Source of the DNA: Spirogloea muscicola
Lineage: Eukaryota
DNA: 64,000 bases
Direction of reading: 5' to 3'
Assembly: GCA_009602725.1 (NCBI GenBank)
Contig: WELB01000026.1
Location: 283,990-347,989 of the forward strand
Made by a program: the position numbers and the translations under genes. Shown here one piece after another: positions 48,402-60,560 of the stretch (the stretch's first letter is position 1; each line of letters opens with the position of its first letter). Below the pieces are notes generated by a model. The model did not search any database. It had not been told where the DNA came from and worked only from the letters and a program-made list of their open reading frames with translations.

Positions 48402-51400
48402 TTAGGCGGCGGCCTGAGATGAATCCAGCAACGCCATGTACTCAGAGATGGCCGCGCCTTCGTCGGCCACGTCTATGTCATACTCCGCGAGCGGGTCACT
48501 GCTCACATCGCGTGCAAGCTCGCCTTCCATCTCTTCATCCCCCGCCTCTTCGCCCCCATCTTCGGTGCCGCTGGTTCTGCTGCCGCTGCTGCGGCCACTT
48601 CTGCTGCTGCTGATGCTGCTGCTGCCGCTGCCATCATTGCTCAACCCCTCCACTGCTTCCTCCTCTCCTCCTCCTCTGCTCACCCCGGCCGTCTCGTCCA
48701 GCAGCGCCTGCTGCCCCCTCTCCATGTCTTCGCCACCTCTCTCCATATCAGGCAGAGCCCTTTCTTCGTTGGTGTCAGAGAGCAGCCTCTCCAGCGCCTC
48801 TCCACGGTCATTGTCGACGGCCTGCAGTGCCGCCAGCACTGGAAAGCCAAGCACACAGGAGATGCCACAAGCAGGCTCTCAGATTGAATTGCAAGGTCTA
48901 GATCGCGCGTAAATTAGTCAGATTAAAATCACATGAAAACATGGGGGATACAGTAAGATAAGTAACTCCAGGCCACGGCCTGCAGCAGAAACGTCATCAT
49001 GGCAAAACTGCAGCAATGATGCAGCGTATAGCCGGAGGCGGCTCCTCAGCAACCACCTCGCTCTTTTGAGAAGCCCATGCCAATGAGTTCGTCGGCAGCC
49101 GCCATATCGACGTCCTTCAGTGACCTGCGCCGCACTTGTGCAGCCAGGGAGGCCTGCGGCCAAGCGGTACAACATCAGCAGCAGGCAAGAATGTTGACCT
49201 CAAGAGAAAAACACAAAGTGCAGGCTTCTGCCAAGCTCCGGCCTTGCAAGGTCAGACCCATGATTGGCTGTCGACTTTTCAACGCCAGTATCACGGCCGA
49301 CAGCCTCGGAGCTGGCACGGGACACCAATCAGGCCGCCAGGGGGCAGGCTTGGTACCTGTAAAGCTTTACGGGCGTCGACGTCAAGGAGCTGGTCGAGCG
49401 CTGCATTGTTGTCATTCTCGCCCTGCCTCAGCGCCTCCGCCGCCAACGGCCTAGCATATCTGCAGGCCGGCAGCAGCAGGCATGCCATGGTGCCCGATAT
49501 AGACCCTCAAATTCGGGGTCCAGGGCTAAATTGATTAAGACAAAGTAATGACCAATCAAGATACAGGACTCAACTCATTGAAGCACAATAAGTATCACTA
49601 GGATGGGCTGATTGATGCAAGCACTGCAGGAAATTGAAATCCAAGGCGCTCACCCGAGCGAGCAGAGGTGGTCAAGCTTCCGGAGGTCTACGGCCCGGCC
49701 TTCTGGCGTCCTCCCAAACCGCCGCTGTTCTCTGACATCCGCCGGAGCAACAGGGGTAACAGGGCAAGAGCTGCAGATTAAACATCCTGCAAGCCAGCAA
49801 TGCAAGCGCTGTGCTACATTGGCGGCTACGTTGCTCCAGGGTGGGCCAATAAGGGGGGAGGTTGCTGCAAACCTGCGGTCACTGTCCTGGCGCTGCTGCT
49901 CCACCTGCCGCTTGTGCCGCCGCCGCTTCTGGTCCGTCGCAAACTCCACCGCCCGCAACATGTCCTGACCGCAGAACCGCAAAGCCCTGCGCGACTCCCG
50001 CAGCGAGAAGCCCATGGTGGCAAGCTGCGCCAGGGCCTCATCCGACACCTCCAGCTGCGCGGCATTTGGGACTTGTCATGATTGGTGTCCTCTGGATGAA
50101 GGAGACACCAAGACCTCAACATTGGCTCTCTTTGGCTTCATACTCAAGATCAGGACAGAGCAATACTGAGAAGGTTGCATGGTTGGTTGCGCTTATCCAA
50201 CGGCAGATGGACGCTGAACACCAGTGAGGAGCAGCACCATCCCATCCTGCCTTCCGCCAACCACTAATTTTGACTGACAGTTACTCCACAGGGGAGAGCA
50301 GGACCTGGTCAAGCTTGACCTGCGCTGAGAGCAAGGAGGAACGCGCGGCAGCTTCATCCCCCGAGTGGTAGGCCACAACGCCCTCCAGGAGCTCCAACCT
50401 CACGTACCTAGAAAGGCCGGAGTATGTGGCTGTGAGCCTTACGCCCGGTCTTTGAGCCCTCAGGACCCTGATTCTAGTCCTGCATAGTTGTTGAACTCCA
50501 GGACTATATCCTACAGCAACAGGAGCAGAAGCGGTGACTAAGCGTTGAACATAGGCTTGCAAGCTGGGGGGGCGTCCCTCACGTGGCGAGCTCAGGGCGA
50601 AAGCCGCCCTGGAGGCGCTGCAGGCGCTGGAGGTCAGCGCCGTGGGACCGTTGAAGGCCGCTGCGCGCCTCCGCCAGCCGCGCCCGGGCCTTGGGGAGCT
50701 GCTGAATGTCGCGCTGCTGAAAGAGGCACCATACTATGTCGATCTGCAAGATTGCCACATTGTCGACGGCCTGGCAACACAGCAGGCAGACTCACAGCTG
50801 TCAGGCCCGCACGGACCGAGCTTGAGCAAGTGATGCCAGTCAAGTGGGGGGAGAGACGCGGTCCGACATTCCTCCGCTACATCAGAGAAGACCTGGCTGG
50901 CACCTGCCGAGCGCCGAGCCTCTCTCTCTCAGCCGGCCCTCACCTGCACGTGCACCTTGTTGCACAACGCAAACGCCTCCTGCGGCGGATCCCCACCGCG
51001 CCCCCCGCTGCAGTGTCAGCGGCTCCCGATACGAACAATGACAACTTGAATGCTGCCTCTGAGTTACTTCTCAACAGTCGCCACTCAACCCAAGACTTGC
51101 TCAGCATACTCCGCTACCATCATTCAGTTGCGTGAGAAAGACCTCTGCCATCGTAAGGACCTCCAGTGCCTCCGTGAACTGGGACTTGCCGAGGAGCCCC
51201 CGCGCCTTTGCATGGAGGACCAGGCCCATCGTCAGCGCCCTGCGTGCACCATTGCACGACCTGCCTCAGCACAGTGACTAGCTTCGCAGGCGGGGCTATG
51301 GCTGGCCTTGTTGCGAAATCGGAGCTGAGGGAATGGCAGTGATTGCTTGGAGTTTCAGGGGCTGCTGTGCATATGATGCTAGCTCAGTGCATACAGACAG

Positions 51401-51751
51401 CAGCATGCTCTCGCTGGATAAGCCGCATGGTTTCACGGCGCTTCAGCGGCGGCAAGTCGTCGCAGGGGCATGACAGCGCAGATCCAGGCCCCGACCTGCG
51501 GTCATCCTCGGACTCGAAGACCAGCTTGCGACCGCTCTGGTTCTCCAGCAGCAGGTCGAAGCTGGCACTGGGGAAGCGGTCGCCGCAGCGGCAGGACATG
51601 GCCTCCGCCGACGCCCTGCGGCGCCACGCAGCGGCCGCAGCCATCGGCGGCACATCAGCTAACGGTGACCATATCGCAGGCCGCGGACCGGCTGACGACG
51701 AGACCGAGGCGAGACCGTGAGCCAGCAGGGAGGGCCTCGCTGGAAGCCTAC

Positions 51752-51782
<31 letters not shown>

Positions 51783-52073
51783 ACCTGAGGCGCGCGAGGC
51801 GGTCCGCGCGCTCCTGCGCGAGCTCGAGCTCGCCCCGAAAAAAAAAAAAAAAAAAAAANNNNNNNNNNNNNNNNNNNNNNNNNNNNNNNNNNNNNNNNNN
51901 NNNNNNNNNNNNNNNNNNNNNNNNNNNNNNNNNNNNNNNNNNNNNNNNNNNNNNNNNNNNNNNNNNNNNNNNNNNNNNNNNNNNNNNNNNNNNNNNNNNN
52001 NNNNNNNNNNNNNNNNNNNNNNNNNNNNNNNNNNNNGCACCGCCGCCGCGGGCTCTCCCGGCGGCACCTCCAT
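48402..52073 (-). CDS. NUB1: NEDD8 ultimate buster 1 (NUB1)-like UBA protein, multi-exon, spans N-gap
   Basis: LLLENQSG..FESEDDRR, RLELLEGVVAYHSG, UBA-like SDEALAQLATMGFSLRESRRALR, RRFGRTPEGRAVD, AAEALRQGEND and an acidic C-terminus DPLAEYDIDVADEGAAISEY. Confidence 0.8.
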
Positions 52074-52259
52074 GACCCCGCGCGCCCGCGCCGCCGCGCC
52101 GCCGCCGCGTTCGGCGCCGCAATGTGCGCCGGGACTGGGCCAAGGCTGGGGCCTCCAGTGGCACTTCTATGGGCTAGCCAGACGGCTCGCCCATAGAAAA
52201 AGGGGCTAGCAAAGCCAGAACGCACCGCCTGCCGTGAAACACCGTCAACTAAGCAGGAA

Positions 52260-52960
52260 GACTTCCAGTCTCTCTGACCTGAGAATGCTAAGCAGGGGTT
52301 ACTGAGTGCTTCGTAGCTGCTTCTCTTCTTTTTTGTGCTTGTCGTTCTTCGTACTTCCCCTGGCCCCTTCTCGTCCTTTGTTCATTCCTTTTTGGGCTGG
52401 CTTTTCCCAGCCCCTATCCTCAATGGTCGAGCCCTTTATTCCAGTAGAAGCAAAGACGCTTCCGCTTGCTATGGAATGCGGCTATCATTAGGTCAACAGC
52501 GCTCCCAGGCACTTCGCGATACACCAGCGTGCTGGTCGTGCATTAGCACAGGCTAATTGCTTCCGTGGTGGTGGTTTGGCGCCTCAGTTTAGCTTGTCAG
52601 ATATGCATGTGCTCACTCGGGGATATTTAGTGTCCCCCTTAGCCAGCTCATTACCCAGTTAACAGGTCATTTGTAAGGCTTGAATTGGCCTCCCTTTCAA
52701 TTTCATGCGCACTGCGCGCCTTCTCTCTTCCGCTTCCAGTAGAGGGCGATGGCTGTGAATCGACAGAAGGAAGAAGGGCTCGCCCAAAGAGGATAGGGGC
52801 TGGAAAAGGCCAGACCAAAGAAGAATGAACAAACTGCGAGAAGGGGCCAGGGGAAGCACTAAGAAAGCCAAGCACAAAACGAACCTAAGCAGCTAAGAAA
52901 TTCTCAGTAACCCCTGCTAAGCAGTCTCAAGTCAGAGAAACCTGGCTCCTGGAAGCGGGT
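52260..52960. mobile_element. Retrotransposon cluster upstream of NUB1 (A +, D +, A -)
   Basis: The A copy has TSD TTCCAGT (52263-52269 and 52439-52445). The D copy has TSD CTTCCGCTT (52459-52467 and 52727-52735). A further A copy lies on - at about 52765-52960. Confidence 0.8.
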
Positions 52961-53769
52961 CAGCAGAGCTGTTCATCAATAACCCCCTCAACGCACCAGC
53001 CTGGACTTCTGAGGGGCTTAAGGAAGTGAGGAGCTTAAGACGGCGTGTCTGCTGATCAATTCACTAAGATATTGTGGCACTTCTTGAGCAGCTCTCAAAC
53101 AAGTCAACCTAGTGCATTCCAAGAGCAGACAAAGTCCACTTGAGCAGACGCACTGGAGTAAGAATTGGCGGGGCTCAAAGTGATGCATGGTCCCACTGCC
53201 GAGAAGAGAAGGCGAAGCGCCAGCCATCCTCGTGGTACCATGAGGATCAAATGAGGCCACCAGAAGCACTGCAACATCAGGGAGCTCAGCGCTTGGGATG
53301 GGTTGAGAGCCTATACTGTAGTTAAAGCTTCACAAGTGGCAAGCCGTCCCTGATTGTCACTGTAAAGACCAAGATGTCCTTGCATGTCAGCATGAGGTCA
53401 CACACAATTGGTCCACACTAGTTGCCGGATATGAGCAAGAAATACATACAGCATAACTGAAAACCGACTGCGTCCAAGTACACCAGATATTGGAGCGGTT
53501 GTTGTGTCTGTGAACGGTGAATAGACGGTCAATCAATAGGAAGTGCATACATCTCTAGCCATCAACATCCTTCTGAAGACACTAACTTGCATATAGAGCA
53601 CCACATCTATTGCTTTAGTGACAGCAGTTACCTTGCACGCATCCAGATCCAAAGTCGTACATACAGCAGAATGCCCTTCATGCAAATTAGACAACCTTTG
53701 TCTCGAGAAGGGACTGCCAGAAGTGTGAATCATTGATATGATCAACAACTATAGCACTTGCACGTAAAT

Positions 53770-54800
53770 TTGCACTCGAACTTGCTACTGCTCTTGCAAA
53801 GGAATGGAGTGTATTATATGCGATGGAGGGCCTGCGTGACCAAGTACAAAGGCAAGCACATAAGACAAATGTGCATCACCTGCTGCTAAGCTGACCCGCT
53901 CAGTAACCACGAGTCAGCACATAGAGGTCGCTAACTGATGCCCGAATACCGGACGGCAATTGACAAGCTCTTGTGCAAAGGCTACTTCCTTGGCGCAGCA
54001 CCTTTGCTACTTAAGCAACGTGCCCCTCACATGCTAAAGCATGTACTTCTGTTACCATAGAGTCCCTTCAACAGTGTGGCTTCTCATAGACATTGCTCTA
54101 GATCTTCAAAGACCTCTACCTCAGACAATTACACAATATTTGTCTTATTGGTGGCAAATGGCCGCTTGAGCCAGCCCGCACGAGCTTGACAAAGTGCAAT
54201 AGCCAGGGGTCAGGAGCTGATACGACCCCTAACTAGACCTAGAAATACAGTCATGAGCCGCCCAGCTGGACCTTTTAGAAGCATGCTTTTGCATGAAGAG
54301 AAGGTGCGCGGTGCAAAAGTAAGGAAGGAGAGGCCAATTCAAGCCAATACATGGTTCAAGCAAAAGCCAGTGCAAGAATGGGGCTCACAAAGCGGAGCCC
54401 TATGTTAAGGTGGACCAAGGGAATCTGGCGAGAGCTGCTGAGAAGGGGATATAAAACTTACAAGTCAGGACATACAGATCTTACGGGCTAATTTGGGGAG
54501 CCAGAGCACCGCCACGAAAGCGAGTGGCCTGGCTTAGTGCGCCCCCAGCACGCTGATGAGTAGCCAAAGCTTGGTAACGCTGGAAGCTTAGCAAAAGCCG
54601 CAACCTCCAACATGCTACTAACGCCCTCAGAATGCTAGTATGCCCAAGCTGCTAATCTTACTGCAACGACGCACGTCAACCAGCTGAGCCAGATGCTGGA
54701 GAGGGAAGGACCATCTCTTACCATAGCGGCCATGGATATCATTATTAGCATAGGAACATATGGGAAAGCTTTGAATTTGGACTACATACATATGACAACA
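53770..54800 (-). mobile_element. Old, diverged F- and D-type retrotransposon fragments
   Basis: The minus strand near 53900-53945 codes ASVSDLYVLTRGY*. The segment 54300-54770 aligns by eye with 28003-28800. Confidence 0.65.
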
Positions 54801-55815
54801 GGGACAATATGGACTCTAAGGTAGACTGGTGGCTCATATTCATATCGCGTGCAACCTTTCTACAACGGTGCACAGCACCTGATGGCAACCAATGCAGATT
54901 TTGGCGTTAACTATGCATTTCAAAAGTCCTTCACCAAAGGTGCCAACCTGCGGCGATTGATATGCACCTTGTATTGTCTGCAGGCCAATGCTCCATTTTA
55001 GGCGTTTTGAATGAACTGCTGGCGCCCTTGCTAGACTCGTTGTTTTATCTTAGCTGGCTATTCAATGGCCGCCTGTCTTAAGAGCTTTTATCCCTCCTCA
55101 GGGCAGGCATTAACTCTTTGTCGGGCTGGCTAATATCCTTCACCCCTTGAAGGGCGTAGGTAGCCCTTTGCTCTATCCGCTCTACGCAGCCGGAAAATCA
55201 TACTTCAGACGTGCTTCGGTGTGCTGCCTTGACGTTGTCGCCTGCGTCTTTCTCGCCACGTTGTTGTGGCAAGATTGCCCCCAACGGTCGGGGCTGCGCA
55301 TCCAAGTCGTGCCTTCTGCTCAGAGCACGGTCCTCAGAGCTCAGTACTCAGTGTCCAGTGACTCAAGCTTGTATCACAGTGCCTAGTGCTTGGTGCTTTT
55401 TATGCTCCTCTTATATGCTTACTGCTTGGTGCCAAGCGCTCAATGTTCATGGCTGAGATCATGGGATGCAGAGCCGACAGGGTGCCGGAGGCCCCACCCT
55501 GGGGGGGCGGCAAGTGCTTTCGACCTTGCGGCCAGTAGAAAGTACCGGCAAGGCTGCTGGCTGCACGCCACGTGCCGGAAAGAGAGGAGGAAACGCGGGC
55601 GCGCCCGGGGAGGGGAGAGGGGGCGGGCACTCCTTGGCCCTCGGAAGGGAGGCCGCAGGAGAAGACTTGGCCTGATCTATGGGAGGGAGAATGCCGCCAG
55701 AGGGTCTCCTTCAGGGGAGGCAGCGTCGCCTGAGAAGGACTGGGCCCGGTTTGCTGCCAGCCTCCCTCGGGCCCTGCAGGACGCCGCAGCTCCGCGCCCG
55801 CCGCCGCCGCCGCCA

Positions 55816-55846
<31 letters not shown>

Positions 55847-56117
55847 CCGGCGCCTCTGCCTAGCGCTCTGGCGCGGATGGCGGCGACCGCAGGCTTGCAC
55901 TCGGTTCCTGGCTGTGTCCTCCCGCAGTCGAGCGGCCGGCAGGTATCCGGCCGGCAGGTAGGCCGTCTCCGCTGCTAGGCCTGTGGCTGCTTGTTGGACT
56001 CGACGGCAATTGATCTGCCCCGCTCTTGTGATTGCATTGTATCAGATTCCCGTGTATCAAATCCTCGGGCTTCCCCTAAAAGAAGGCCATGTGCTGGAAA
56101 GCACAAGTTGTGGTGAN

Positions 56118-57743
56118 CGCTGGCCAACGTGACGTGCCCTCCGCCGCTGGCCCTGCCGCCGCTCCCCGACTGCGTCTGCCCGCCGCCGACTCCGGCCTCC
56201 GTCTGCCCGCCGCCGGCTCCGGCCTCCGTCTGCCCGCCGCCGGCTCCCGCCACCGTCTGCCCGCCGCCGGCTCCGGTCGTCATCACTGTAGCCTTGCCGC
56301 GCGAGAGCATGCACAAGCAACAGGGATATCGCACCAATCTGGACGAGGCCACCATTCGGCGGCGCACGCAGCTGGAGCTGCACCGTCTGAACCTCGTGAA
56401 GGCGCAGCAGATCTTCAAGGACCATCTCGCCACGCGCGCCAAGTCCTTTGGCACCACGCTGTCGTCCGTGAACGTGAACTACGGGCGGATCAAGAAGCTG
56501 CGGCTGGCGCCTGGCTCGCGCAAGCCCAGGGTGAAACTCGCCGACCTGCTGGAGTACTACGCGCCAATCTATCCCTGCTTCGGTGAGCAGCGCCTCGGAA
56601 GGTGGAGCGACGGTGGCAAGTGGATTTGCCGGCCGTACCTCCTCAACTCCTCATCTGTTGTCTACAGGTCCGTTCCACTGGTCTCATCCGCTATCTTGCC
56701 ATCCCCCTGAAACGATAGCAGACTTATGAGCGGTGTTGCAAAGAGCATGTGGATGTCTGTCGCACTGAACGGCCAAGGCAAGCAGCGCGCTACTCCTGTT
56801 CACATCAGGCTCGTGGCGCTTGGCAGCATTGGCAGCCACGCGGAGATCAGCTTTGAGCTGGCCATGTATGGCAAGACACGAGCCGAGATTCACGTCTTCG
56901 ACCACACGCTGGATCCGACCTTGATCATGCAGCTGAAGCAGCAGAACGAGTTTGTCTTCCATGACGTTGGACTTGGCAGTATGACTGACAAGAAGAGGAA
57001 GCTCATGCGCCTCAAGGTACCATTTCAATCCCGACTGAGGCTGCCTGCACGTCGTGCTCGTATGAGGCGGCAGAATCAGCCTCCTCAAAGTATTGGGAGC
57101 TCGAAGGGGGCAGAGAATCTTATCGTCTATTGCTGAAGCAGGACATCATGAGGAATCTTGGCCACAAGTACGTTGATGTGCTCAAGATCGACTGTGAAGG
57201 CTGCGAGTATACAGTCATGAAGGACATTCTTAGGACGTCACTATTGCAAGTTGGACAGGTAGGGCTTTTCGCCCTGCGCTCAGTACGTCTGTGTTCTACT
57301 GCTGGCCTCATCATCTGCCTGTCATCCTAGCAACAAGATATGTGCTTGAGATCGTGGCCATGTTGCGTCTGCATGTGAAGCAGCTGTGGCATGCACTAGT
57401 GGTTGCCAGCCTTTCATCATGTTCTCTACCTTCACATTTGCGTAGTAGCAAAGCTGATCATTCTTGTAGACGTGCACCTTGGATGCCCAGTCAGGTGAAA
57501 ATCAGGTGACTCTTGGTAGCTGCGCCAGATTGTAAAGAAGCTGACAAGCATGATGTGCCTGCTTGGTCCACGCTTCTGCAGATTCAGGTGGAGGTGCACA
57601 ATATTTCCAATCTAACGCAGCTGGCGAGTTTTCTGAGCTTGATGGAGAAGCACAACTTCCGAATGTTTCACATGGAGCCCAACTGGCGGTGGCTGGAAGG
57701 CTTGGAGCTTGCTTACATCCACGTCTCTCTCACCCGCCCCTGA
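56118..57743 (+). CDS. Methyltransf_22/FkbM (METTL24-like) methyltransferase with Cys-Pro repeat stalk; true start upstream of the n at 56117
   Basis: PCFGEQRLGRWSDGGKWIC, VVY/SIGSHAEISFE, EIHVFDHT, IMRNLGHKYVDVLKIDCEGCEY, QIQVEVH and FRMFHMEPN..LELAYI. Confidence 0.82.
56170..56277 (+). repeat. 27-bp coding tandem repeat, about 4 copies (VCPPPAPAS)
   Basis: CGTCTGCCCGCCGCCGGCTCCGGCCTC units. Confidence 0.9.
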
Positions 57744-58559
57744 TGCATTGCCCCGACACCTTGCTGGTCCTATATTCAGGTCTGATATTCTCCGCTTCAA
57801 CGCATCTCTCCCTACTGCATTACTTAGCACTGCTCATTGATGCTCACTTTGCAGATGCGCTCCATTGGAAGGTAGAAACTCAGAGCTTTACAGCATCCAA
57901 TATTCGCAAGTACCTCGCTAGCTAGGAATCAGTCCCTGGTGCCATGACTTTAGCCTCCCAGGCAGCTGACTGGCCCATTACAGCCGCAGCTTCAAAGGGC
58001 AGAACAGAGGTAGCGAAGAAACTTTGGGGTTGTGAGAGCTTGGCGCTAGCTCCAGCTTCGCTCAATTAGCTTACAGTAGAGTAGTTAACCTCAAATCTGA
58101 CTTGTAATTGACTTTCTCCATCTGTAGAAATAAGCATCTGACTGCATGGTTGAGCTCACCTCAGTAGATCATATATCAGAAGGATATGTTGTTCTTGAGT
58201 TGTCCTCACGCGTGGCTTTTATGAGCGAGTCACGGGTGGCTTTTGTGAGCGAGTCAAGCACAGCTGCGAGAAGAGGGTGAGGGCTATTGTTGAAGCTGCC
58301 ATACCTTATCAAGCACTATACATATCATATGGTCGAAGCTCTTTGATTTCTGGGTGCTCATTTGCTGGTCAATGGAAGCCCAACCACTGGCATCTAGGTG
58401 CCCGTGTGTCTACTTGGCTCGTGGCACGCCATGATAAGGTGAGCACCGAGCATGGCCCTTGCTTGTTGAGTCCCAAGAATCATGGGGGGGGGCTCAATGG
58501 AGTCAATCAAGGAGCTGGCAATGGTGGCCAGCATTCCTTATGATCGTTTTTAAAGAAAA

Positions 58560-60560
58560 GAATGAATCTTCAAAGGAGGGGAGGGCTGGGAAGAGGCAGC
58601 CCACAGAAGAATGAACAAGTTCCCAGAGAAAGAGAAGTAGCTCTTCCAGAGAGGGAAGGCGCGCGGTGCGCATGAAATGAAAGCGAGGCCAATTCAAGCC
58701 AGTACATGCCAAAGGGATGAAGTGGCTCGCCCAAAGAGGGTAGGGGCTGGGAATAGACCAGCGCGGCCAGTTGGCGCAGCCAACCCAGAAAGAATGGACA
58801 AGGTCCAAAGAGCCGAAAGGCAAGCACATGAACAGTTGTACAAGCAAACAATAAGAAGCAAGCGCGGCCAGATCAACTGGTGGCTGGGAGAGGCCAGCCC
58901 AAAGAAGAGAAGTGGCACTCCCTCCCAATGGGGGCAAGGGCTGTGAAAAGCCAGCCCGGAAAGAATTGACAAAGGTTCGAAAGGGCCAAATGACGGAGGG
59001 GCCTAAAAAGCGCTAAGCAGCTACGAAGGGGCCTGAAGATGCTATGCCAGAGCCCAAGGGCTCGCCATCGATACGCACGGGGCGCTGGGCGCTCGGTGGC
59101 TCGAGCTGCTCAACCAGCTCCCGCGCCACGCCATTGTCCGCCGCTTCCATGGGGAGCCGGTGGACTCCCATGCAGCAGGGTCGCTAGCGCAGGTGTACCG
59201 CATGCGCTTGGCCGTCTCGCTGCAGAGGTCTACGGCCCGCGCGCTGCACCTGCGTGCAGGCAGAGCCCTCGCTGCTGCCTCTGGCTCTGGCCAGGGGACC
59301 CGCTTCCGGGAACCCAGTCTCTCTGACCTGAAGCTGCCTAGCAGGGGTTACTGAGTGCTTCGTAGCTGCTTCGTTTCTTTTTTGTGCTTGTTGTTCTTCG
59401 TACTTCCCCTGGCCCCTTCTCGTCCTTTCTGCATTCTTTTTTGGGCTGGCTTTTTCCAGCCCCTATCCTCAATGGGCGAGCCCTTCATCAGGTCTGAAGG
59501 AGCCGGACAGCCGCAAGCGGACTCTCAGTAACCTCTAGTCAGTAGATGCAAGTCTGAATAGCTAGCAGGCGGAAAGGCGTCGCCCTGACGGAAGCCGGAG
59601 GCCGCCGCCAAAGCGGCCTGCGCGCAAGTGGACCGCGAAGGGAAGGGACCGCTACAAAGAGCAAGCGCGGCCAGATTAATTGGTGGCTGGGAGAGGCCAG
59701 CCCAAAAGAATGGACAAGGTCTGAAGGAGTCGGAGTGCTAAGGACTGAGACAGCAGTAAGCGAACTGTCAGTAACCTCTCGTCAGTAGATGCAAATCTGA
59801 GTAGCTAGCAGGCGGAAAGACGTCGCCCTGACGGAAGCCGCTACAAAAGAAGAAGAAGTGGCTCTCCCAATGGGGGCAAGGGCTGTGAGAAGCCAGCCCG
59901 AAAAGAATTGACAAGGTTCGAAGGGGCCAAACTACGAGCTAAGCAGCGACTGCGGGGCCTGAAGAAGAAGTGGCTCTCCCAATGGGGGCAAGGGCTGTGA
60001 GAAGCCAGCCCGAAAAGAATTGAAAGAGCCTGAAGAGGCTATGGCAGAACGGGGGAGGATGGACCACTTAGTAGTTACGAGTGAGGAGCCTCACATCCGA
60101 CAGACTAGCTGCCGGTAAACTATCCCCCTGACGAAAGCCGGAGGCCGCAGCGAGAGCACGGCCAGCACGCAGATGCAAGGCTACAAAGAGATGGCCAAGC
60201 GCATCCGGAAGATTTGGGCGAGGGACCAAACAATAAAAGCAAGCGCGGCCAGATTAACTGGTGGCTGGGAGAGGCCAGCCCAAAAGAATGGACAAGGTCT
60301 GAAGGAGTCGGAGTGCTAAGGACTGAGACAGCAGTAAGCGAACTCTCAGTAACCTCTCGTCAGTAGATGCAAATCTGAGTAGCTAGCAGGCGAAAAACAG
60401 TTAACACTTGTGCAGCAGGTTCAACCTGCTGCTGAGAGAAAGAAAGGGCTCGCCCATTGAGGATAGGGGCTGGAAAAGCCAGCCCAAAAAAGAAGGAACA
60501 AAGGACGAGAAGGGGGCCAGGGGAAGCGCTAAGAAAAACAAGCACAAGGAAAAAACCGGC
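58560..60560. mobile_element. 2-kb pile of about 11-12 nested or tandem retrotransposon 3' ends (subfamilies A-D and variants)
   Basis: Repeated 3' motifs. Coding ends YRMRLAVSLQRSTARALHLRAGRALAAASG..RGY* (+, 59160-59354), GFRQGDVFPPASYSDLHLLTRGY* (-) and ..ASLSDVRLLTRNY* (-). TSDs GCTACAAA (three times) and GCCTGAAGA (twice). Confidence 0.88.

Noticed and set aside
51838..51858. Poly(A) tail of a retrocopy inside NUB1
   Set aside because: It directly abuts an N-gap and is probably a contig-end artefact. No TSD can be assessed.
59425..59490. HDV-like ribozyme or tRNA-derived SINE identity for the 3' module
   Set aside because: I could not build the HDV double pseudoknot by eye and saw no A/B boxes. 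The 5' ends are variably truncated and run into ORF sequence.
59580..60160. Hammerhead-ribozyme-like CTGACG(G/A)AAGCCGGAGGC motifs
   Set aside because: No downstream GAAA core or stems were found. The motif is simply the antisense of the retroelement codons for AASGFRQG.
58560..60560. CRISPR-like array of recurring hairpin repeats
   Set aside because: Units vary in length and orientation, there are no unique regular spacers and no cas genes, and the context is eukaryotic. Nested TPRT insertions with TSDs explain the pattern.
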